64,000 bases of DNA, taken from positions 1,024,001-1,088,000 of the forward strand of contig CAWEYL010000001.1 in assembly GCA_963813335.1 (NCBI GenBank), in the 5' to 3' direction. Under the pieces are notes generated by a model, which was not told the origin of the DNA, ran no database searches, and was given only the letters and a program-made list of their open reading frames with translations. Of this stretch, positions 1-7,698 are shown piece by piece (the stretch's first letter is position 1; each line of letters begins with the position of its first letter). The position numbers and the translations under genes were made by a program. Source of the DNA: an uncultured Chloroflexia bacterium. GTDB taxonomy: Bacteria > Chloroflexota > Limnocylindria > Limnocylindrales > CSP1-4.

Positions 1-122
1 ATGCTCTGCAGGCGCCCGGCGCGTGCCCAGCCCCCGATCGTCGACGGCGCAAAGTGGACATTGGCGGCGGCCAGCAGCTCGGCGGCCTCGGCCAGCGTGA
101 TCCAGTCGGCCGCAGCGGGCAT
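1..122 (-). CDS. Excisionase-like/HTH_17 (MerR-type) DNA-binding protein, truncated by window edge
   Basis: Not in the ORF track. Manual translation from ATG at 122 gives MPAAADWITLAEAAELLAAANVHFAPSTIGGWARAGRLQS, matching the 'lt..EAA..L......T...W...G.L' pattern. Starts 1 nt after the upstream gene's stop. Confidence 0.7.
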   Translation of the reverse strand, partial: MPAAADWITLAEAAELLAAANVHFAPSTIGGWARAGRLQS

Positions 123-123
123 G

Positions 124-486
124 TCAGTCGGCCGCCGGCTTCGTCGTGGGTGAGCCGCCACCCCCGCCGCCACCCCCGCCGTCGCCGGTCGACGAGCCGG
201 CTTTGGCGCCATCGCCCGTCGCGACGGGACTCGTCGCGCCGTCCTTCGTGTCCGCCGTTCCGCTCTCGCCGGACGCGGCACTCGACGAGCCGGCCTTCGC
301 GGGCGCGGGCCGTCGTTCCTTCTTCGCCCAGCCCGTCCCCTTGTAGTGGACGGCCGGGGCCGTCACGGCCTTGCGGATGGGACCGCCGCCGCACAACGGA
401 CACGCGGCCGGAGGGTCGGCGTGGATGCCGTGGACGACCTCGAACCGGCGCCCGCAGGAGGCGCAGTCGTAGTCGTAGGCGGGCAT
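124..486 (-). CDS. FmdB family zinc-ribbon regulatory protein
   Basis: MPAYDYDCASCG...H...CPLCGG...KGTGW is the FmdB CxxC-CxxC signature, followed by a low-complexity Gly/Ser tail. Confidence 0.9.
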   Translation of the reverse strand: MPAYDYDCASCGRRFEVVHGIHADPPAACPLCGGGPIRKAVTAPAVHYKGTGWAKKERRPAPAKAGSSSAASGESGTADTKDGATSPVATGDGAKAGSSTGDGGGGGGGGGSPTTKPAAD

Positions 487-503
487 CGTGAGCGCGGCTC
501 GGG

Positions 504-1253
504 TCAGCCGCGCAGCAGACGCATGCCGCACTTCGGGCAGTAGAAGGCCCGCTCATGCGCCGAGGCGAACCCGCAATGCGCGCAGACGAGGCCACCGCGA
601 CCCGCGGCCGGGACCGGGCGTTCGATGCTGGTCATCCCCTGCGCGTACTGGCTGGCGAGGATGTTGGTGAGGATGCTCGCCAGGATCCGCTGACCGATCC
701 GGTCCGTGTCGCCGCGGACCCCGCGGCCGCCCCAGCCGACGACGGCCCGGCAGATCATGTCGCCGGTGGCCTCGTCCCAATGCGACGCCACGCCGCCGAT
801 CACCGCGTTGTACTCGGGGTAGCCGGCCGTGTCGATCTCCCCGTCGAGCAGGGCGCAGGCGAAGGTGTCGAAGGCGAGGTCGACCGCATCGATGGACTCG
901 AGGACGACGAGCGCGTGGCGGGTGATCGGCGAGTTGACGTGGTGGGCGTTGAGCCACTGCATCGCCTCGGCCGGCCGGGTGATGGTCGGGGTCGCCTGGC
1001 TGAACTCGATCGGCAGCGGGTCGACGACCTCGATGTCCGACTTGGCCAGGCCCTGGAGCATCCGCGGCAGCTCGGCCAGCGCCTTCGGTCCGGATCCCAT
1101 CCGGACGCCTTCACTGCTCTTGCCGGCGTAGTAGAGCCGGAGCTGGTGATCCTGGGCCGCGACCTCCTCGGCCATGATGTCGGAGGCGCTCGGACCGGCG
1201 GCGGCCGCCGCCGGATCGTCGCTGCCTCGGCGCTTGAGGAATTCGAGCGGCAC
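504..1253 (-). CDS. Hypothetical protein with C-terminal zinc ribbon
   Basis: 249 aa ORF with typical codon usage; C-terminal CAHCG...FYCPKCG; co-oriented with the FmdB gene. Confidence 0.8.
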   Translation of the reverse strand: MPLEFLKRRGSDDPAAAAAGPSASDIMAEEVAAQDHQLRLYYAGKSSEGVRMGSGPKALAELPRMLQGLAKSDIEVVDPLPIEFSQATPTITRPAEAMQWLNAHHVNSPITRHALVVLESIDAVDLAFDTFACALLDGEIDTAGYPEYNAVIGGVASHWDEATGDMICRAVVGWGGRGVRGDTDRIGQRILASILTNILASQYAQGMTSIERPVPAAGRGGLVCAHCGFASAHERAFYCPKCGMRLLRG

Positions 1254-1355
1254 GTACTGACTCCCGTTCGGCGGCTGGCTCCGCCGTCATGGTAGCAGGG
1301 GCACTATGGCGCCGACCCGGGTCGACGGGCCCCGCGGCCGGCCCGAACGCCGGGC

Positions 1356-3041
1356 CTACCGGGCGACCGCTTCGAGGACGAGGGCCTCATACCCGCGGAG
1401 GGCCAGCGCCCGACCTGCGGTCACCGCGGCCGGCGGGTCGAGATGCGTCCCGACGACGGACCGCCAGGTGCGGCCCGCCGGTGCGGGCGGCACCGTGATC
1501 GTCGCCCCGGTCCGCGCGAAGGCGACCAGCACGAGCATCTCGGGCCCCGACCCTCGGCGTCGATAGGCGAGGACGTCGGGGCGGCCGGTCCGCACCAGCG
1601 CGATCGCTCCGTCCTGCAGCGACGGCGCCCTCGATCGCGCCGCGAGCAGCCGTCGATAGCAGGCGAGCACCGAATCCGGGTCGGCGGCCTGAGCCGCCAC
1701 GTTGCGCTGCCCGGCATCGTCGCCGAGGCGGAGCCACGGTCGGCCCGACGAGAATCCGGACCCCGGCCCATCGGACCAGGGCATCGGCGTCCGCGCCGGC
1801 GAGCGGTCCCACCAGCGGAAGTCGGCACTGACGTGGCGCGCGGCCGGGTCGACGCTCTCGCTCGGCGGCACGGCGACATCGCCCATGCCGATCTCCTCGC
1901 CGTAGTAGAGGAACGGCGTCCCGCGGACCGTCAACGAGATGACGGCGGCGGCCTTGGCGATGGCGTCGCGATCAGCGTTGCCGACGCCCGCCGTGGCGGC
2001 CAGGCGCGATGCCTGGCGGGGCTGGTCGTGGTTCGACAGGACCACCGTCGGCCAGCGGTCCGGCCCGAAGGCCAGCTCCCGGCGGCGGATGGCCGCGGCG
2101 AATGCCGTTGCCGCCCACGGACGGGTGAGCAGCTCCCAGTCGAAGACCAGATGGCGGTCGGTGGTCAGGGCCGCGGCGCCCTCTGTCGTGCCCACGAACA
2201 TCTCCCCGACGCTCATCCGCCCCGGCGCCGCATCGAAGACCTCGCGGAGCCGCGCGATCAGGTCCGGCAGGTCCGGCTGGTCGATGTCATGGGTGTGCGT
2301 CTGCCGGTCCCAGGCGGTCGACCCGCGACGGACGGGATTCGAGCGCATCGCCGGGTCCTTCAGGAAGACGTTGAAGGTATCGAGCCGGAACCCATCGACC
2401 CCCCGGGCGATCCACGTCCGGATGACGTCCTTCTGGGCTTCCTCGACCGCGGGATGGCGCCAGTCGAGCTCGGGCTGCTCGGCGAGGAACGTGTGGTGGA
2501 AGGATTGCCGTCGCCTCGGCTCGTACGTCCAGGCCGGCCCGCCGAACCACGAGACCCAGTCGTTCGGCGGCAAGGGGCGCCCGTCCGGGCCCGTTCCCGC
2601 GGGGTCGTGCCACAGGTACCAGTCCGCGCGCGGTCCGGTCCGCGACGCGGCCGACTCGACGAACCACGGATGCTCCGAGCTCGTGTGGTTGAGCACCAGG
2701 TCGAGGATGACCCGGATCCCGCGTCGATGGGCTTCCTCGACCAGCCGGTCGAAATCCGCTTCGGTCCCGAACAGCGGGTCGATGGCCGTGTGGTCGCTGA
2801 CGTCGTAGCCACCATCGAGCCCTGGCGACCGATAGATCGGCGACAGCCAGATGGCGTCGACGCCGAGGCCGCCCGGTCCCAGGTGGTCGAGGTGGTCGAT
2901 GATCCCCGGCAGGTCCCCGGTCCCGTCGCCGTCGCTGTCGGCGAAGCTCCGCGGGTAGATCTGGTAGACGACGCCGCGGCGCCACCAGTCGTCGCCGAAG
3001 CGGAACGACGAGCGAGTGTCAGCCCGACGGCGGTCGGTCAC
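1356..3041 (-). CDS. GH13 alpha-glucosidase/oligo-1,6-glucosidase
   Basis: WW..GVVYQIYPRSFADSDGDG, DLVLNHTS, and catalytic motifs GFRLD, VGE, SNHD. GTG start at 3041 with GGGAG upstream. Confidence 0.93.
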   Translation of the reverse strand: MTDRRRADTRSSFRFGDDWWRRGVVYQIYPRSFADSDGDGTGDLPGIIDHLDHLGPGGLGVDAIWLSPIYRSPGLDGGYDVSDHTAIDPLFGTEADFDRLVEEAHRRGIRVILDLVLNHTSSEHPWFVESAASRTGPRADWYLWHDPAGTGPDGRPLPPNDWVSWFGGPAWTYEPRRRQSFHHTFLAEQPELDWRHPAVEEAQKDVIRTWIARGVDGFRLDTFNVFLKDPAMRSNPVRRGSTAWDRQTHTHDIDQPDLPDLIARLREVFDAAPGRMSVGEMFVGTTEGAAALTTDRHLVFDWELLTRPWAATAFAAAIRRRELAFGPDRWPTVVLSNHDQPRQASRLAATAGVGNADRDAIAKAAAVISLTVRGTPFLYYGEEIGMGDVAVPPSESVDPAARHVSADFRWWDRSPARTPMPWSDGPGSGFSSGRPWLRLGDDAGQRNVAAQAADPDSVLACYRRLLAARSRAPSLQDGAIALVRTGRPDVLAYRRRGSGPEMLVLVAFARTGATITVPPAPAGRTWRSVVGTHLDPPAAVTAGRALALRGYEALVLEAVAR

Positions 3042-3108
3042 CGGGAGTCTCCCTGGTCGTCGGTGCGCCGGTCGGCGCCGCAGATCGCCTGATGGTATCG
3101 ATACGGAC

Positions 3109-3160
3109 TTGACAAGGTGGCATGGAGGCGTCATTGATACGCGTTACTGACACGCGTTAG
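3109..3160 (+). promoter_or_regulatory. Divergent promoter region with tandem LacI-type operator candidates
   Basis: TTGACA at 3109-3114. Direct repeat TGATACGCGTTAC/TGACACGCGTTAG at 3135-3160, each with a CG-centred ACGCGT core. Confidence 0.55.
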
Positions 3161-3209
3161 TCGACCATGTCGAACGCGCGGCGTCAAGTGGAGGAGGAGC
3201 GGTCGGCCG

Positions 3210-4238
3210 ATGCCGCAGCGACCCACGAGCCACGATGTCGCAACGCTCGCCGGCGTTTCGCGAACGACGGTGTCATTCGTCCTGAATGACCGTACGGACG
3301 TGAAGATCCCGGAAGAGACCCGGCGACGCGTCCTCGACGCCGCGAAGGAGCTCGGGTACCACCCTCACGCATCGGCGCAGCGGCTGGCCGGTGGCCGGAG
3401 TCACGTCATCGCGCTGGTCCTCCGCCAGTCGCCCGAGCAGGTCGCCAGCGATGCGGCGCTGGCCGAGACGCTGCGCGGCCTGGCCTCGGCAGCCCGCACG
3501 GGTGGCTTCCGGGTGATGGTCGAGCCGTTCGCGCTCGACGACACGTCCGGCAGCTACGCCGATCTCCTCCGCGCCCAGCACGCCGACGGCCTGGTGGTCT
3601 CCGGTCCGCGCGTCGACGACCCTTCCCTCATCGAGCTGGTCCGCGACGGGTTCCCGATCGTCCTGCAGGGAGCGCTGCCCGACATCGGGGCGCCCAGCGT
3701 CGACATCGACAACGTCGCCGGTGCCCGTGGCGCGGTCGATCACCTGATCTCGCTCGGCCATCGCCGGATCGCCTGTATCACCAACGCCCCGCTCGTCTAC
3801 ACCGCCGCCCAGGAGCGGCTCGAGGGTTACCGCCAGGCGATGGCGGCCGCCGGACTGGATGCCGACCCGGCCCTCGTCGCCGAGGCCGCCTTCGATGCAC
3901 CGAGCGGCCATGCGGCCATGGCCGGGCTCCTCTCGCGGACGCAGTTCGATGCCGCCTTCGTGGCCAGCGACGTTGTCGCCCTGGGGGCCATCGGCGCGCT
4001 GCGCGAAGCCGGGAAGCTCGTGCCTCTCGACGTCTCGGTCGTCGGCTTCGACGACATCCCGCTTGCCGGGTACTTCGACCCCCCACTCACCACCGTCCGG
4101 CTGCCGGCCTACGAGCTCGGGCAGGCCGCCGGACGCGCCCTCCTGGAACGGATCGCCGATCGCGAGATCCCGCTGAGGACGCTGTTGCCGACCGAGCTCA
4201 TCGTCCGCGCCTCGACGGCTCCGTCGTCGAGGACCTGA
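3210..4238 (+). CDS. LacI family transcriptional regulator
   Basis: N-terminal TSHDVATLAGVSRTTVSFVLN HTH; C-terminal VSVVGFDD...PPLTTV; GGAGGAG RBS. Confidence 0.96.
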   Translation: MPQRPTSHDVATLAGVSRTTVSFVLNDRTDVKIPEETRRRVLDAAKELGYHPHASAQRLAGGRSHVIALVLRQSPEQVASDAALAETLRGLASAARTGGFRVMVEPFALDDTSGSYADLLRAQHADGLVVSGPRVDDPSLIELVRDGFPIVLQGALPDIGAPSVDIDNVAGARGAVDHLISLGHRRIACITNAPLVYTAAQERLEGYRQAMAAAGLDADPALVAEAAFDAPSGHAAMAGLLSRTQFDAAFVASDVVALGAIGALREAGKLVPLDVSVVGFDDIPLAGYFDPPLTTVRLPAYELGQAAGRALLERIADREIPLRTLLPTELIVRASTAPSSRT

Positions 4239-4324
4239 AGGACCGGCGCATGCCAGCAGCCGGCATCTGACAGCCCCTGTGAGCGACCCCGGGACATTCG
4301 GGTCGACGGGAAAGGAGACATGGC

Positions 4325-5695
4325 ATGGAGGAGCGGATCTTCCGGCGCACGAGAGTCGCCGGATTGTTGGCGGCCGCCACGTTGGTGGCCGTGGCCTGCT
4401 CGAGCGGCAGCTCGAGCCCCAGCCCGGCGGCCTCGACACCGGCGAGCGCGCCCCCGGCGTCTGCCGGCGCAGGTGAGAGCCCGTCGGCATCGGCCGGCGG
4501 TCAGATCGGCGGCGAAGTCTCGGTCATCGGCACGTGGACCGGCTCCGAGCAGGACTCGTTCATGGCGATGGTCGCCCCGTTCGAGCAGTCGACCGGCGTC
4601 AAGGTCAAGTACACGGGCACCCGCGACATCAACGCGGTCCTGACGACGGGCGTCGCCTCGGGCATCCTGCCCGACCTCGCCGGCCTGCCGGGCCCGGGCC
4701 AGATGGCGGACTTCGCCAAGGCCGGCGCCCTCAAGCCGCTCGATGACGTCCTGGACGTCAACGCCTACAAGGCCAACACCTCGCCCGGGCTCGTGGCCCT
4801 CGGCACGGTCGACGGCAAGATCACGGGCGTCTTCATCAAGGCCGCGGTGAAGGGCCTGATCTGGTACGACCCGAACGTCTACAAGGGTGGCGCCCCGACC
4901 AGCTGGGACGACCTCCAGGCCAAGGGCAAGGCCGCCGCGGCGACGATCGGCGGCACGGCGAAGCCGTGGTGCGTCGGCCTCGAGTCCGGCGCCGCGACCG
5001 GCTGGCCGGGAACGGACTGGATCGAGGACCTCGTCCTCCGCCAGAGCGGGCCGGACGTCTACGACGCATGGGTCGCCGGGAAGCAGAAGTGGACGTCGCC
5101 CGAGATCAAGTCGGCCTTCCAGGCCTTCGGGACCGTCGTCGCGGACGACGCCGTCTTCGGCGGCAGCAAGACCGTGCTGGCCACGGCCTTCGGCGATGGC
5201 GGCAACCCGCTGTTCACCACCCCGCCCGGATGCGTCTTCCACCACCAGGCCTCGTTCATCACCGACTTCTTCGTGAAGCAGGGTGGGGCGAAGGCAGGCG
5301 ATTACGACTTCTATCCGTTCCCTGACATCAACCCGTCCTACGCGGGTGCGGTGACCGGAGCCGGCGACCTGTTCGGCATGTTCAACGACACGCCCCAGGC
5401 CAAGGCGCTGATCGCCTATCTGGTGACCCCGGAAGCCCAGCAGATCTGGGTCGACCGCGGTGGAGCCCTCTCGGCGAACAACAAGGTGACCAAGTACCCG
5501 GACGCCATCAGCCAGCGGTCCGCGGAGATCATCGCCAACGCGAAGGTCTTCCGGTTCGACGGCTCCGATGCGATGCCGGCCGCGATGAGCGCCGCCTTCC
5601 TGACGGCCATCGTCGACTTCACCAAGGACCAGTCGAAGCTCGACTCGGTCCTGAGCACGCTCGATCAGGTTCAGTCCAGCGCCTACGGCGGCTGA
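4325..5695 (+). CDS. Sugar ABC transporter substrate-binding lipoprotein (AglE/alpha-glucoside-like)
   Basis: Lipobox VAVAC; PWCVGLESGAATGWPGTDWIED and FRFDGSDAMP motifs typical of AglE/GgtB-like SBPs. Confidence 0.92.
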   Translation: MEERIFRRTRVAGLLAAATLVAVACSSGSSSPSPAASTPASAPPASAGAGESPSASAGGQIGGEVSVIGTWTGSEQDSFMAMVAPFEQSTGVKVKYTGTRDINAVLTTGVASGILPDLAGLPGPGQMADFAKAGALKPLDDVLDVNAYKANTSPGLVALGTVDGKITGVFIKAAVKGLIWYDPNVYKGGAPTSWDDLQAKGKAAAATIGGTAKPWCVGLESGAATGWPGTDWIEDLVLRQSGPDVYDAWVAGKQKWTSPEIKSAFQAFGTVVADDAVFGGSKTVLATAFGDGGNPLFTTPPGCVFHHQASFITDFFVKQGGAKAGDYDFYPFPDINPSYAGAVTGAGDLFGMFNDTPQAKALIAYLVTPEAQQIWVDRGGALSANNKVTKYPDAISQRSAEIIANAKVFRFDGSDAMPAAMSAAFLTAIVDFTKDQSKLDSVLSTLDQVQSSAYGG

Positions 5696-5704
5696 CATCG
5701 ATCC

Positions 5705-5736
5705 CGGTCCGGGGCGGCCTCGCCCGTCCCGGACCG
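5705..5736 (+). other. Intergenic stem-loop after the SBP gene (mRNA stabiliser or partial terminator)
   Basis: CGGTCCGGGGCGG...CCGTCCCGGACCG inverted repeat with no U-tract. Confidence 0.5.
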
Positions 5737-5761
5737 ACCAGTCCCGCGCAGGGAGTGACGG

Positions 5762-6733
5762 ATGGACCCACGAGTCGTCACCGCGATCGTCGCGATCATC
5801 GGCGTACCGGTCCTGCTGGTCGCCTACATCCTGATCGTCGAGCGCGTGCTGCTGTTCGCGCCGCAGCGCGCCCAGAGTGCGATCCGGCCGTGGCTGTGGC
5901 TCCTGCCGGCGCTCCTGCTCCTGCTCGTGTTCCTCGTCTACCCGACGCTCAACACGATCTATCTCAGCTTCCAGGACAAGTTCGGGAAGCAGTTCGTCGG
6001 CCTGAACAACTACGCCTACTTCCTGGGCACGGACGCCACCCTCACCGCGTTCCGCAACAACATCATCTGGCTGGTGCTGCTGACGGTCTTCGCCGTCGGC
6101 TTCGGGCTCCTCGTCGCCGTCCTCGTGGACCGCGTCCGCTATGAATCGGTCGCGAAATCGACGATCTTCCTGCCGCTGGCCATCAGCTTCGTCGGCGCCG
6201 GCGTGATCTGGAAGTTCGTCTACGACTACAAGGCGCCGGGAACGCCCCAGATCGGCGTCCTGAACGCCGTGATCACGGGGTTCGGCGGGCAACCGGTGTC
6301 GTTCCTGCAGGACGCCCCGCAGAACACGGTCTACCTGATCATCGTGGCCGCCTGGGTGTGGACCGGGTTCTGCATGGTCATCCTCTCGGCGGCCCTCAAG
6401 GGCATCAGCGTGGAGCTCCTCGAAGCCGCGCGCGTCGACGGGGCCACCGAGTGGCAGGTCTTCCGGCGGATCACCTTCCCGCTGCTGCTGCCGACGATCG
6501 CGGTGGTCTCGACCACGATGATCATCACGGCCCTGAAGGCGTTCGACATCGTCTACGTCATGACCGGCGGCCAGAACGACACCAACATCATCGCGTTGCG
6601 CATGTACCAGGAGCTCTTCAACTTCAGCCAGCCGGGCCGCGCGAGCGCCATCGCGGTGATCCTCCTGCTGCTGATCATCCCGGTGATGATCCTGAACATC
6701 CGGCGCTTCCGAGCCCAGGAGGCGATCCGATGA
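5762..6733 (+). CDS. Sugar ABC transporter permease
   Basis: Multiple TM segments; EAA motif ELLEAARVDGA. Confidence 0.95.
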   Translation: MDPRVVTAIVAIIGVPVLLVAYILIVERVLLFAPQRAQSAIRPWLWLLPALLLLLVFLVYPTLNTIYLSFQDKFGKQFVGLNNYAYFLGTDATLTAFRNNIIWLVLLTVFAVGFGLLVAVLVDRVRYESVAKSTIFLPLAISFVGAGVIWKFVYDYKAPGTPQIGVLNAVITGFGGQPVSFLQDAPQNTVYLIIVAAWVWTGFCMVILSAALKGISVELLEAARVDGATEWQVFRRITFPLLLPTIAVVSTTMIITALKAFDIVYVMTGGQNDTNIIALRMYQELFNFSQPGRASAIAVILLLLIIPVMILNIRRFRAQEAIR

Positions 6734-7605
6734 CGGCCAGCACAGCGGGCCTCCGGCGCATGCCGCGCTGGCGCTCCCGGCGGTTCATCCTCAACGCCGT
6801 CGTCATCGGCCTGATGGTCCTCTGGCTGCTGCCCACCATCGGCCTGCTGGTCACTTCGGTCCGGCCGAGCGCCGACGTCTCGAGCTCCGGCTGGTGGACG
6901 GCGCTCTTCCCGCCGTTCAACTTCACGCTCGACAACTACGCCCACGTCCTGAGCCGCAACGGCATGGCCGACGCGTTCATCAGCAGCCTGCTGATCACCA
7001 TCCCGTCGACGATCCTGCCGATCAGCATCGCGGCATTCGCGGCCTACGCGTTCTCGTGGATGACCTTCCGCGGGCGTGACGTGGTGTTCGTGATCGTCGT
7101 CGGCCTGCTGGTGGTCCCGCTGCAGAGCACGATCGTGCCGGTCCTGCGGCTGTACAAGGACGCCGGGATCGCCGGCACGTTCCCGGCCGTCTGGCTGGCC
7201 CATACGGCCTACGGGCTCCCATTCGCGGTCTTCCTGCTGCGCAACTACATGGGTGGCCTGCCGCGCGAGGTGTTCGAGTCAGCGTCCATCGACGGCGCCG
7301 GCCACGCGACCGCGTTCTTCCGGCTGGCCATCCCGATGAGCGTCCCGGCGCTGGCCGCGCTCGCGATCTTCCAGTTCCTGTTCGTCTGGAACGACCTGCT
7401 GGTGGCCCTGCTCTACCTCGGGGTCCAGAACCCGACGAACCTGCCCCTCACGGTCGCCATCGCCAACCTCGGCACGAGCCAGGGCGGCGACCAGCAGTAC
7501 ATCATGGCGGCCGCCTTCATCTCGATGATCCTGCCGCTCATCGTCTTCTTCGGCCTGCAGCGGTACTTCGTCCGCGGCATCACGGGCGGCGCCGTGAAGG
7601 GCTGA
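6730..7605 (+). CDS. Sugar ABC transporter permease
   Basis: ATGA overlap with the previous stop; EVFESASIDGA; ends FVRGITGGAVKG. Confidence 0.95.
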   Translation: MTASTAGLRRMPRWRSRRFILNAVVIGLMVLWLLPTIGLLVTSVRPSADVSSSGWWTALFPPFNFTLDNYAHVLSRNGMADAFISSLLITIPSTILPISIAAFAAYAFSWMTFRGRDVVFVIVVGLLVVPLQSTIVPVLRLYKDAGIAGTFPAVWLAHTAYGLPFAVFLLRNYMGGLPREVFESASIDGAGHATAFFRLAIPMSVPALAALAIFQFLFVWNDLLVALLYLGVQNPTNLPLTVAIANLGTSQGGDQQYIMAAAFISMILPLIVFFGLQRYFVRGITGGAVKG

Positions 7606-7698
7606 TATGGGCACCCGGGGCGACGACCCGGCTGGGGCCCCTCCTCCCCCGCCGGCCGTCGTTCCGGGTGCGACCCCAACGGTCGCGACGCGTCGTTC

